Source: Candidatus Eiseniibacteriota bacterium
GTDB taxonomy: Bacteria > Eisenbacteria > RBG-16-71-46 > JABDJR01
Assembly: GCA_963783375.1 (NCBI GenBank)
Contig: CAWANH010000028.1
Span: 192,001-256,000 of the forward strand
Direction: 5' to 3'
DNA: 64,000 nt
In this document: positions 17,083-29,267 of the stretch, one piece after another
How the letters are laid out: each line of letters opens with the position of its first letter
How positions within the stretch are numbered: the first letter of the stretch is position 1
Position numbers and translations under genes: made by a program
The notes under the pieces: model-generated
What the model was told of the DNA's origin: nothing
The model's database searches: none
The model's input: only the letters and a program-made list of their open reading frames with translations

Positions 17083-18327
17083 CTAGTAGTTGTAGCCCCC
17101 CTCCATGATCGCCTGGCCCAGGTAGAAGATCGGAAGGAACATGGTGATCACCACGATCCCCACGATCACCCCCACCAGGACGATCAGGAGCGGCTCGATG
17201 AGGCTGGTGAGCCCCTGCACCGCGGCCTCGACCTGGCGATCGTAGAACTCGGACGACTTCAGGAGCATGGTGTCGAGCTGGCCGCTCTCCTCGCCGGTGG
17301 CCATGAGCTGGAGCACCATCTCCGGCATCTTCCCGGTGGAGCGGAAGGCGGGGGTGAGTTCCTCGCCCCGCGCCACCTGGTCCTTGACCTTGTCCAGGAC
17401 CCGGGTGAGGACCGCGTTTCCGGTCGCCCCCTTGGTGAGCTCCAGGGCGTCCAGGACCGGGAGCCCGCTCTGGAGCAGGATCCCCAGGGTCCGGTTCATC
17501 CGGCTGATCACCGCCTTCCGGATGATGGGGCCGAAGATCGGGGCGGTGAGGAGGAAGTTGTCCTTCACGTAGCGCCCCGACGCGGTCCGGGTCCAGAGCC
17601 AGAAGAGGAGGATCACCCCCAGGGCGATGCCGATCGAGACCAGGGCGTTGTCCCGGATCAGGTGGCTCACGTAGACCACGGCCAGGGTCGGCCCGGGGAG
17701 CTTGGTCCCGAAGTCGGCGTAGATCTGCTCGAAGGTCGGGACGATCTTCAAGAGCAGGAAGAGGCTGATGGCGACGGCGAAGACCAGGACGAAGATCGGG
17801 TAGCTCATGGCCGAGCGGACCTTGGTCTTGATCGCGTCCAGCTTCTCCAGGTAGACCGCGAGTTCCTCCAGGATCTTGTCCAGGGTCCCCGCGCCCTCCC
17901 CCGCCCGCACCATGCTGACGTAGAGCTTGTTGAAGATCCGGGGGTGCATGGCCATGGCGTCGGCCAGGCTGTTCCCCTCCTCCACCGTCTCGGCCACCTT
18001 CCCCGCGGTCTTTCCCAGGGTGCGGTTGTTCTCGTCCTTGGAGAGCCCGCGAAGGCCGCGGACCAGGGGGATGCCGGCCTCGAACAGGGTGGAGAGCTGT
18101 CGGGTGAAGAGCGCCAGATCCCGGGTCCCCACCCCGCCGATCGGCTGGCTCATCCACTCCTTCCACGCGGAGGCGCGCCCCTTGAACAGGGCGTCCTCGG
18201 CCACGTGGAGCACGATCAGCCCGCGGTGGTGGAGTTCGTCCACCACCTGGTCCACGCTGGCTCCCGAGAGGACCCCGGCCTGCTCTTCCCCGGCGTGTGT
18301 CTTGGCTACGTATGCGAAATTTGGCAT
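17083..18327 (-). CDS. pilC: Type IV pilus platform protein PilC/GspF
   Basis: LALFTRQLSTLFEAGIPL, YVSMVRAGEGAGTL, SAMSYP, GEESGQLDTML, LIEPLLIVLVG, MFLPIF. Confidence 0.95.
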   Translation of the reverse strand: MPNFAYVAKTHAGEEQAGVLSGASVDQVVDELHHRGLIVLHVAEDALFKGRASAWKEWMSQPIGGVGTRDLALFTRQLSTLFEAGIPLVRGLRGLSKDENNRTLGKTAGKVAETVEEGNSLADAMAMHPRIFNKLYVSMVRAGEGAGTLDKILEELAVYLEKLDAIKTKVRSAMSYPIFVLVFAVAISLFLLLKIVPTFEQIYADFGTKLPGPTLAVVYVSHLIRDNALVSIGIALGVILLFWLWTRTASGRYVKDNFLLTAPIFGPIIRKAVISRMNRTLGILLQSGLPVLDALELTKGATGNAVLTRVLDKVKDQVARGEELTPAFRSTGKMPEMVLQLMATGEESGQLDTMLLKSSEFYDRQVEAAVQGLTSLIEPLLIVLVGVIVGIVVITMFLPIFYLGQAIMEGGYNY

Positions 18328-18401
18328 AGCGGCTTGGGTCCTATGACCCGCTCCTCATCATGAATCGACGACCGAACCGGTCGGCTGTCGATCCGGTATC
18401 C

Positions 18402-20116
<1,715 letters not shown>

Positions 20117-20347
20117 TTGTACCTTCCCGTTGACAAGAACCCCTCGGAGGAAAACCTGCCGACCGCAGACTACACCTCGAGGGGTTGGTGGCGACAACGC
20201 AAGCCTATGTTAGTGAGGGAAGAACAGGAAATCAATGGGAATGCCCATCGAACCACAAAAAATTCACAAAACACGGCAGAAATCGTCGGTAGATTTTACA
20301 AACTCCGGCAAGTGGTTGTCGGTGTGCGTTCGTGGCATGATGGGGTC

Positions 20348-21178
20348 ATGCGCTTGAACCGCTACCTGGCGGCCAGCGGTGTGGCCAGCCGCCGCCAGGC
20401 CGAGAAACTCATCGAAGCCGGCCGGGTGGTCCTGAACGGGCAGGTGGTGAACGAACTCGCCGCCTTCGTGAACCCGGAGCGCGACCGGGTGGAAGTGGAC
20501 GGAAAGCCGGTCAGCCCTCCGGCCCACCGGGCCTATCTGATTCTCCACAAACCCGTTGGCTTCCTCTCGACCGTCTCCGATCCCCAGGGACGCCCCACCG
20601 TGATGAGCCTCGTCCCTCGAACCCCCCGGATCTTCCCGGTGGGCCGTCTCGATCTGGACACCTCCGGCGCGCTGCTGTTCACCGACGACGGCGACCTGGC
20701 GCATCGCCTCCTCCACCCCCGGTACAAGATCGACAAGGAGTATCGGGTCCGGGTCGAGGGGACCGTCTCCGGGGAGGCGCTGACCGTCCTCCGTCGGGGT
20801 CTCTTGCTCTCCGGAGAGACGCGCCGGACCGCTCCCGCCCGGGTCGACGTGCTGGAGCAGACCGCCCGGCACACCTGGCTGATCATGATCATCCGCGAGG
20901 GGCGGAAGCGCCAGATCCGAAGGATGCTGGATGCGGTGGGCCACCACGTGGTGGAATTGTCCCGGGTCCGGCTCGGTCCCATTACCCTCGGGGATCTCCC
21001 GGCGGGGACGTGGAGGGACCTCACCCGCGATGAGGTGAGCGCGCTTCGGCGGCTGGTGCAGGAAGGTCCGGGATACGCGGGTCGCCGCGACGGCGACGGC
21101 CGCCGCCCGGAGCCCCCCGGCGGATCCGCCCGCCCCGAGGCCTCGGAGACGGGCCCGCAAGACCCCCGGGAACCGTAG
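20348..21178 (+). CDS. rluB: rRNA pseudouridine synthase (RluB/RsuA family)
   Basis: S4 domain MRLNRYLAASGVASRR, HKPVG, VGRLDLDTSG catalytic Asp, EGRKRQIRRM. Confidence 0.9.
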   Translation: MRLNRYLAASGVASRRQAEKLIEAGRVVLNGQVVNELAAFVNPERDRVEVDGKPVSPPAHRAYLILHKPVGFLSTVSDPQGRPTVMSLVPRTPRIFPVGRLDLDTSGALLFTDDGDLAHRLLHPRYKIDKEYRVRVEGTVSGEALTVLRRGLLLSGETRRTAPARVDVLEQTARHTWLIMIIREGRKRQIRRMLDAVGHHVVELSRVRLGPITLGDLPAGTWRDLTRDEVSALRRLVQEGPGYAGRRDGDGRRPEPPGGSARPEASETGPQDPREP

Positions 21179-21219
21179 CCCCGGGGACCGGCGTCACCTA
21201 ATCGGCAAGGACCCAACCC

Positions 21220-22245
21220 ATGAAACGCACCCTGATCGGATTGCTCCTGGCGGCCTGGATCGCCGCGCCCCTGGTTGGGTGCGGAGGCAGCGGACCCCAG
21301 CCGTCTCCGCCGGACTCCGGGAGCGCCTCCGGCGACGCCTCGACGAGCCCCACTCCCTCCGAGGTCTCGGCCGGGGTCACCGTCCCCATCGCCGCCCCCG
21401 CCAGCTCCGACGTCGACTTCGCCGTTCTGACCTCGTCGGTGGTGGACGGGGTGAGCCAGATGGAGGTGGCCTACCCGAGCGACGGCCTCACCGTCCGCGG
21501 CTTCCTCTTCTTTCCCGACACCGAATCGGTCCACCCCGCGGTGATCTTCAATCACGGGGGGGTGAGCGGGGTGAGCGCGGACGTGAAGCGGCGCGCCCGG
21601 GACCTGGCCCGGCTGGGCTACGTGGTCGTCGCCCCGGCCTATCGCGGCGAGGGGGGAAGCGAGGGGCGGGTCGAGGTGGCGGCGGGCGAGGTGGACGACG
21701 TTCTCGCCGCGGCCTCGATCCTCGCGCACCATCCCCTGGTGGATCCGAAGCGGATCGGGATCACCGGATCGAGCCACGGAGCCCTCATCTCGGTCCTGGC
21801 CGCGGCCCGCGAACCGGAACGGTTCCGTTGCCTGGTGGAGGCCTGCGGGGTCATGGACGTGGCAGGCTGGTACCGCTACCTGGTCGAGAACGGGTTCGAC
21901 GTGAGCGACTCGCTCTCGGTGGCGGTCTACGGAAACGGCCCCGAGGACCGGCCGGAGGCGTTCGAGACCCGGAACGCCATGCGGGTGGTGAAGCGGATCC
22001 ACGTCCCGGTCCTGATCCAGCAGGGGGAGAAGGACAAGACGGTGCCTCCGTGGCAGGCGACCGACTTCCGCGACGCGCTCGTGGCGGCGGGGAACCCCTC
22101 GGTCGCGCTCACCACCTACCCGCTCCTCGGCCACGCGTTCTGGTTCTGGAACGACCCCAAGTATCACTCGCCCCAGGAGCTGGCCCAGGCGTCGATGGCC
22201 TGGCGGGACTTCACCGCGTTCCTGGAGGACCAGCTTCGGCCCTGA
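21220..22245 (+). CDS. Alpha/beta hydrolase (S9/prolyl oligopeptidase-like), probable lipoprotein
   Basis: LVGC lipobox, FNHGG, GSSHG nucleophile motif, QGEKDKTVP, GH catalytic His. Confidence 0.8.
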   Translation: MKRTLIGLLLAAWIAAPLVGCGGSGPQPSPPDSGSASGDASTSPTPSEVSAGVTVPIAAPASSDVDFAVLTSSVVDGVSQMEVAYPSDGLTVRGFLFFPDTESVHPAVIFNHGGVSGVSADVKRRARDLARLGYVVVAPAYRGEGGSEGRVEVAAGEVDDVLAAASILAHHPLVDPKRIGITGSSHGALISVLAAAREPERFRCLVEACGVMDVAGWYRYLVENGFDVSDSLSVAVYGNGPEDRPEAFETRNAMRVVKRIHVPVLIQQGEKDKTVPPWQATDFRDALVAAGNPSVALTTYPLLGHAFWFWNDPKYHSPQELAQASMAWRDFTAFLEDQLRP

Positions 22246-22329
22246 TCCGGGGATGCCCGCGCGCCTCGGAGCGGGCGACGGCGCCGCCCCCGAGCGCTTC
22301 GGAGCGCACGGGAGCCGCGCCGCCCGGGC

Positions 22330-25300
22330 TCACGGCAGGATCTGGATCTTCCGCGTCCAGGCCTCGGAACCGATCTTCATGCGCACGAAATAGATGCCGC
22401 GCGCGACCCGCCGGCCCGAGGCGTCCATCCCGTCCCAATGCACCTCATGGTGGCCGGGACCCGTGGCCTCGACGCCGAGGGTCCGCACCCGCCGGCCGCG
22501 CACGTCGAACACCTCCACCGTGGCCCGGACCGCCCGGGGGGAGTCGAACCCCAGGCTCAGGGGCCCACGGGTGGGATTCGGATAGGGGTCCCCCACCTGG
22601 AGGAACGGCAGGATCGGGGTCGTGAACCGATCGTAGGGAATCCGCACGGTCAGGAGCGCGGAGCGGGCGCTCTCGTTGCCGGCCACGTCCACCGCGGTGA
22701 CCGCATAGCAGTAGTCACGGCCGGGGATCACCTGGTCGTCGGCGATCGAGGGCAGGGCGAGGAGGTCGCGGTAGAGGACCAGGGGCGTCGTCCCCACGGT
22801 CCCCCGGGCCCGGTAGAGCCGGTAGTGATTCATGTCCGGCTCGGGGGCGGGATCCCAGGAGAGATCGACGCGGCTGGGGTCCGGGACGCCTCGAAGCCCC
22901 TGGATCGCCCCGGGAGGCTGGGTGTCCGGGGGCTCGGGCACCACGATCCGGGCGACGGCCACGTTGCTGATCGGGCTTCGGTTCCCCGCCTCGTCGGTGG
23001 CGGTGAGCGCGAAGGACAGATCCACGCCGGTGGGAAGGCCCTCGATCTGCAGGATCTCCAGGTAACCGGCGCCGTGCGGCGCGGGGACCCCGGCAATCGG
23101 GGTGGCCTGGGGCCAGGTGACCCCGCTCAGCGGCCCCGAACTCCAGCGTACGTCGTAGAGGGCGGCCTGGCCGGAGGAGCCGTCGTCTCCGGGTGCCGAC
23201 CAGCTCAAGACCACCACGTAGGTATCGGCGACCGCGGCGGCGAGATCCTGGACCCGGCCGGGGGCCGCGACGTCCGCGGAGGCGCCCGTCCGTCCGGTGG
23301 CGGGATTCCCGAGGGCGCTCCAGTTTCCGGCGTCGTCCACCGACCGGACACGGAGCACGTAGTCCGAGGCCCCGGAGAGACCGCCCACCAGGACGGTCTC
23401 CGCGGCGCCCGGCGTCCGCGGGACGGCGGTCGGGACGAGCGCCGGCCGCGTCCCAGGATCCGGCCGGGAACGAGGTCCCGGAAAGGATCCGAAGATCGTA
23501 GGCGGTCACCGTCCCCCGCTGGTCGGCGGGCGCGGTGAAGGTCACGGTGAGGGTGTGCTCGGTGCTGTCCACCACCGCCAGATCGCCGACCGGCGCGGGG
23601 CCGCTGGTGTCGGGGGGAACCGGGGTGGTTCCGGTGGCCAGGTTGCTGAGCGCCGAGGGATTCCCGGCGTTGTCGACCGACCGGAGCCGGAAGCTGTAGG
23701 TGGAGCCGGAGACCAGCCCGTTCACCGTGACGGTCTCGGTGGCCCCGGGGGCCTGGGGCGACTCGGTGGCGGCCCCGGGGGAGGTGCTCCAGATCGATGG
23801 GTCGAAGCTCGCCCCGCTCACGTAGCGCAGGTCGTAGATCTTCACCGTCCCCTGGGAGTCGGCGGGGGCGGTGAAGGAGAGGGTGAGCCAGGTCTCCCCC
23901 GCCGCGGCCACCGCCAGGTCGGCCACCGGAGCCGGGCCGGTGACGTCGACCTGGGACGCGGGGGGCGTGTCGGTGGTGAAGCTCACCACATTGCCCATCG
24001 CGCTCAGGTTCGGAACCTCGTCCTGGGACTTGATCGCCACGAAGTAGGTGGTGGACGGAGCGAGCCCGGTGACGGTCATGCTCTGGGCGGTTCCCGCCGT
24101 CGACGGCGTGGGTAGCCCGGACAGCGGCGTCGCGGCGGCCCAGTTGGCCTCGGTCAGGGCCGCCCCCGATCGGCGACCCTCGTAGAGGGCGGCGGTCCCG
24201 CTCGAACCGTCGTCGCCGGGGGCGGTCCAGGCCAGGAAGACCGACGTGGTCTCCGCCCAGACCACGTGCAAGTCGACGATCGCGGCCGGCGGGGTGGTGT
24301 CGCCGGGGGGCGGGCCGTCGGGGGTGATGATGCGGAAGTAGTAGGGACCCAGGGGGGCCTCGTTCCCGGCCTCGTCCACCGCCTTCACCGCGAAGTAGTG
24401 CTGGGTTCCGGGCAGGAGCCCCCCGATGTCCAGGCTGTCCCACATCCCCGGGTAGGAGGGCACGATCGCGTTGGGAATCGGAGTGGCCGCGGCCCATTCC
24501 GCCTCGCTGAAGAACTTGTTCAGGGAGTGACGGATGAGGTAGGAGCTCGCGCGCCCGTTCAACCCGTCGTCCCCGACTGCCATCCATTTGAGCCGGCCGG
24601 AGTTGGGGCCGAGATCAAAGCCCCAGTAGTGCTCGGTGTTGGCGGGGGGAATGACGTCTGGCGGGGGAGGGTCGACGATGCGGGGACCGATGTAGGCGTC
24701 CCACGCCCCGATATTCGGGAGACCGGCCTGGGCGGTCAACGCGGTGGGGTTCGCGTTCACCACCACCGAGGCCGCAGCGTAATCGCGCCGCCAGATGGAC
24801 AGGCCGCCGACCGAGTAGGAATAGGCCGGCCCGTCCGGGTCCCCCAGATGGATGTCGAACTCCGGCTGCCACCAGAGCGACCCGTGCAACCGCCAGTCGT
24901 TGTCGATGCTGTAGTAGCCGTCGCCCAGGAGGGTGCTTCCCAGGGTGAACCGCTTGTGGGCCTGGAAGCGGCCGGTGGTGTCGGGCTCGGTCTTGGTCCC
25001 GCTGGCGTAGGTGTTGATGACCGCCACCTGCCGGGGGGCGGCGCTGAAGTTCGCGAGGTTGGTGAAGTACGAGGTGGTGCTCGCATACATCCACTTGGTC
25101 CAGAGGGCGGCGCTGGGAATGAGGGTGGAGGAATACCCGTTGAAGGGGAAGTTCTCGATGATGGTGCCGTTCAGGGCGGAGTAGTAGTGGTTGGGGCCGT
25201 TCCCCATCACGATGGCCGAGGATCCGAGGCGCGCCCGCACTGCCTGGGTGAGCGCGTCCTCGCCGGACTCCCACCAGGTGTCGAGCTGGGCGCTGGGATC

Positions 25301-25918
25301 GGCCACCCCGTTCCGGTCGCTGTCGATGGGCGAGGAGAGGCCGCCGTTCAGCCAGCTGATGTTCTCCCAGACGTCGTCCAGGAGCACGCCGTCCCACTGG
25401 CCGGTCTGCCAGATCGCCTCGTCCACGAAGCGGGCGAACCAGGTCTCGTAGTTCTCCCCGAGCGAGTTCACCGGGCCGTTGGGGGTCAGGTTGGCGCTCC
25501 ACTTCCCCGGCCAGTCCTCCACGTGGCTCCCGTCCACCGCGTAGAGCCAGAAGTCGCCGTCCTGGATCCCCTGCCAGTGCCGGTGGAGGACGGTGGCGGG
25601 GGGGCGCTCGTAGGCGGCGGCCCCGGTCCCGTTGCTGGCGATGAAGGCAAGGATCTTGATGTCCGGGTTCAGGGCCCGGATCTGGTCCAGTTCCCCGGGA
25701 TTGTCGTAGGGGAAGTCCGCATCGAGAACCAACACGTCGTACTTCGCGATGAGCGGGATTTCGTCCTGGGAGAGGGTGCCGGAGAGGTACCAGCCGAAGA
25801 TCCGGGGATAGCCGGTTCGGGCGTCGGCGGGCCGAGGGGCGAGGGTTCCGTACAGGATCCCCAGGAAGAGTCCGGCAGCGATCAAAGGGGGCAGTCGCCT
25901 GGGCAGAGTTGTGGGCAT
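22330..25918 (-). CDS. Secreted putative glycoside hydrolase with about six FN3 repeats and FlgD-Ig/T9SS-like tail, frameshifted near 23440
   Basis: Signal peptide; TIM-barrel-like region (IRALNPDIKILAF, WDGVLLDD, NGTIIENF) resembling GHL15-type domains; repeated WTAPGDDG...Y..R...W..A FN3 units; PNPTRG...FDVRGRRVRTL...WDG...GIYF tail in second frame. Confidence 0.75.
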
Positions 25919-26333
25919 GGGCCGTTCTTTCCGGTGGTGTCGCTGACTACCGATGAATTTCGAGCCCGTCGCGCCGTCGGCCCCCCTGTCCCGCTCGCCA
26001 GTGGCGAATCCCGGGGGTCCCGGCGGAGGCGCGGGGGATCCATAGCTGGTTTTCGGCGGGATAGCGTGCAGAACGAGGCTTCGGCGGAACGGCCGGTCCG
26101 TCGATGGGAACTTTGCCCCGGCGGGAGGCGCACTCAACGGCCCGTCAGTGCGCGGTCGGTCTGGGATACATGCCGGGGGGTCCGGGCCCTCCTCCGGAGG
26201 ATCGGGGGAGCCGACCCGGCGGAGGCCCCTCGTTGTCGCTGGGCGCCGAGTGGGGATCATAGGGGTTTTCCGGTATCCTGGGGGGGGCCGGATGACGCGG
26301 AATGAGAATCTCTCGCGGTCGGGGGGGGGGAGC

Positions 26334-27800
26334 ATGGCCAAGCCGGTATTCAAAGGACGAGTGATCGCCCACGTGGACATGGACGCGTTCTACGCGTCGA
26401 TCGAGGTCCACGACGACGAGACCCTGCGCGGGTTGCCGGTGGTGGTGGGCGGGCCGGCGGAAAAGCGCGGGGTGGTGGCCGCGGCCTCCTACGAGGCCCG
26501 GAAGTTCGGCGTCCATTCCGCCATGCCGATGGGGCGCGCCCAGTCCCTCTGCCCCGACCTGGTTCGCATCTCTCCCCGCATGGCCCGCTACCGGGACGTG
26601 AGCGTGATGATCATGGGGATCCTCAAGGGCTTCTCACCCCTGGTGGAACCGCTCTCCCTGGACGAGGCCTTCGTGGATCTCACCGGAACCGAACGCGCCT
26701 TGGGCCCGCCCGAGCAGGCCGCCGAGCAGATCCGGGCGGCGATCCGGGCCGAGACCGGCCTCACCGCCTCGGTGGGGATCGCCCCCAACAAGTTCCTGGC
26801 CAAGCTGGCCTCCGACGAACGCAAGCCCGACGGCGTGACCCTGGTCGCCACCGAGACCGCGGTGGAGTTCGTCCAGGGACAGCCGGTGGAGCGGATCTGG
26901 GGGGTGGGCGAGAAGATGGCGGGGAAGCTTCATCGCCTGGGGCTTCACCGCGCGCGGGACATCGCCCAGGCCGAGCCGTCGTTCCTGAAGCGCCACTTCG
27001 GGCTCATGGGATTGCGGCTGTATGAACTGTCGTGGGGCCGGGACGACCGGCCGGTCGTCCCGGAAACCGAGGCCAAGTCGGTGAGCCACGAGGTCACCTT
27101 CGCCAAGAACCAGAAGCACCTGGAGCTCTTGCGGGGGGTGCTGTCCGGGCTCTGCCAGCAGACCGCGCGGCGGCTCCGGCGGGCGCACCTGGTGGGGCGG
27201 ACGGTGAACCTCAAGATCCGCTACGGCGACTTCGCCACCGTGACCCGGCAGGAGGCGCTGGGACACCCCACCGACGACGACGGGGAGATCTATGCGGCGG
27301 CGGGGCGGCTGCTGGAAGTGGAGCGCGCGGTGGATACGCGGCCGGTGCGGCTCCTGGGGGTCGGGGTCACCGGGCTGTTGCGGCAGACGCAGTTGAACCT
27401 GGACCTGTTCGGCGGGCCGGCGGGGGGATCGGCGGGAGGCGCGACCGGAGGCGGCTCAGGGTCGGCGGCGGGAGGCGGAGGCTCGGACGCGGCGAAAGGC
27501 GGAGGTTCCGCGGGCACCGGCGCTTCCGGGGGATGGGGCGGAGCTTCCGGGGGATCGGGCGGCGCATCCGTCCCGTCCCCACCGGGTGACCACACTTCGA
27601 GACCCCGCGTCGCCGGAGACGGCGCGAGGACGACCGGCTACGGCTCTCTGCGCGCCCGAGACACCGCCGACGGCGGCGCCGGTCGCCGAGAGGCCCTCAA
27701 TACCGCGCTCGATCACTTGGCCGACCGCTTCGGGCCGGATGCGGTCCGCCGCGCGCGGTCGCTCCCCGGAGAGAAGCCTGACGAGGACCTGGCGGGGTAG
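26334..27800 (+). CDS. dinB: DNA polymerase IV with Gly-rich C-terminal insertion
   Basis: HVDMDAFYASIE, ASYEARKFGVHSAMP, SLDEAFVD, NKFLAKLAS, VRLLGV, QLNLDLF clamp-binding motif; alternative in-frame ATG at 26292. Confidence 0.95.
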   Translation: MAKPVFKGRVIAHVDMDAFYASIEVHDDETLRGLPVVVGGPAEKRGVVAAASYEARKFGVHSAMPMGRAQSLCPDLVRISPRMARYRDVSVMIMGILKGFSPLVEPLSLDEAFVDLTGTERALGPPEQAAEQIRAAIRAETGLTASVGIAPNKFLAKLASDERKPDGVTLVATETAVEFVQGQPVERIWGVGEKMAGKLHRLGLHRARDIAQAEPSFLKRHFGLMGLRLYELSWGRDDRPVVPETEAKSVSHEVTFAKNQKHLELLRGVLSGLCQQTARRLRRAHLVGRTVNLKIRYGDFATVTRQEALGHPTDDDGEIYAAAGRLLEVERAVDTRPVRLLGVGVTGLLRQTQLNLDLFGGPAGGSAGGATGGGSGSAAGGGGSDAAKGGGSAGTGASGGWGGASGGSGGASVPSPPGDHTSRPRVAGDGARTTGYGSLRARDTADGGAGRREALNTALDHLADRFGPDAVRRARSLPGEKPDEDLAG

Positions 27801-27819
27801 GGATGCGGCGGCGGTCGCG

Positions 27820-27922
27820 GTGTTCCCCCGGGTGAACGATCCTTGATGGGAACCCATTATCGCGAACATTGCTTCCCCGGGGGCACAACTCTCATTGCTA
27901 ACATGTTGCACCTGGGTGCAAC
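27820..27922. repeat. Dispersed copy of the HNH-array boundary motif (inverted pair) between convergent genes
   Basis: 27857-27886 reverse-complements to gtgcccccggggaagcaatgttcgcgataa (cf. 7696); partial copies at 27820-27833 and 27894-27922. Confidence 0.8.
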
Positions 27923-27991
27923 TCGGTCGACCGGTCGGAGCCTGATCGGGTGCGCGGCGATCGGGTTTGCCCGCGCCACCCCCAGGCCACT

Positions 27992-29209
27992 CTATTCGTA
28001 CCTCAAGGCCTCGATCGGATTCAGCCGCGCCGCCTTCCGCGCCGGGTAGAACCCGAAGAACACGCCCACCCCGACCGAGAACAACAGCGCCACCACCACG
28101 GTCTGGGGATTGATCACGGTGACCCAGCCGCTCAGCCGCCCCACCACCGTCGAGGCGGCGAAGCCCAGGCCCACCCCCAACGCGCCCCCCAACAGGCACA
28201 TGACCACGCTCTCCACCAGGAACTGGGTGAGCACGTCGGAGCCTCGGGCGCCGATCGCCATGCGTATCCCGATCTCCCGGGTGCGTTCGGTCACCGACAC
28301 CAGCATCATGTTCATGATGCCGATGCCCCCGACCAGGAGCGAGATGCCGGCGATGGAGGCCAGGAGCAGGGTCATGACCCGGGTGGCGCTCTTCTGGGCG
28401 TCGGCGAGCTGGGACTGGTTGCGAACGGTGAAGTCGTCGTCCTCGCCGGCGATCAGGTGGTGGGACTCGCGCATGATCGCCTGGGCTTCGTTCTCGGCGG
28501 CGGGGATGTCCCGGGCGGTGAAGGCGCTGGCCAGGATCTGGGGAATGAACTGGTGCCCGGCCATCCGGGTCTTGACGGTGGTGTAGGGCAGCAGGATCAC
28601 GTCGTCCTGGTCGTTGCCGCTGGCGGTCTGGCCCTTCTCGGTCAGCACGCCGACCACGGTGACCGGCACCCCGCGGATCCGGACCTGCTGGCCCACCGGC
28701 TCCTCGCCGGGGAACAGGTTCTCGGCCACCGTGTGTCCGATCACCGCCACCTTCCGCATGGAGCGGACGTCGTTCTGGTCGAAGAACACCCCCGACGAGG
28801 TGGCCCAGTCCCGGATGGCCTGGTAGTCGGTGTCCACCCCGTAGATGAAGGTCCGCCAGTTTCCGTTCCGGGCGATGGCCACGGTCCGGGTGATGATGAC
28901 CGGCGAAACCGCGGCCAGGAGCGTCCCCTCCCGCTTGAGGTTCACCGCGTCGTCCACGGTCAGGCGGTTGAAGCTCCCGGCGCCTCCGCTCGTCCCCCCC
29001 TGGCTGGTGGAGCCCGGGGTGATCACGATCATGTTGGTGCCGAGGTTTCCGATCTGCTCCTGGATCTTGGACTGGGCCCCGGAGCCGATCGCGATCATCA
29101 CGATCACCGCGCTCACCCCGATGATGATGCCGAGCATGGTGAGGAGGCTCCGCATCTTGTTCCGGGTGATGCTCCTCATGGCCACGCGGATGAGGTTGGA
29201 CGTTTTCAT
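27992..29209 (-). CDS. MacB-like ABC transporter permease
   Basis: RNKMRSLLTMLGIIIGV, GGIGIMNMMLVSVTERTREIGIRMAIGA, FFGFYPARKAARLNPIEALRYE. Confidence 0.95.
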   Translation of the reverse strand: MKTSNLIRVAMRSITRNKMRSLLTMLGIIIGVSAVIVMIAIGSGAQSKIQEQIGNLGTNMIVITPGSTSQGGTSGGAGSFNRLTVDDAVNLKREGTLLAAVSPVIITRTVAIARNGNWRTFIYGVDTDYQAIRDWATSSGVFFDQNDVRSMRKVAVIGHTVAENLFPGEEPVGQQVRIRGVPVTVVGVLTEKGQTASGNDQDDVILLPYTTVKTRMAGHQFIPQILASAFTARDIPAAENEAQAIMRESHHLIAGEDDDFTVRNQSQLADAQKSATRVMTLLLASIAGISLLVGGIGIMNMMLVSVTERTREIGIRMAIGARGSDVLTQFLVESVVMCLLGGALGVGLGFAASTVVGRLSGWVTVINPQTVVVALLFSVGVGVFFGFYPARKAARLNPIEALRYE

Positions 29210-29267
29210 GACGGTTCTCCCTCGGACCGGCGCGACCGACGGCGCCGTCCGCCGGCGCGGACCGGGC

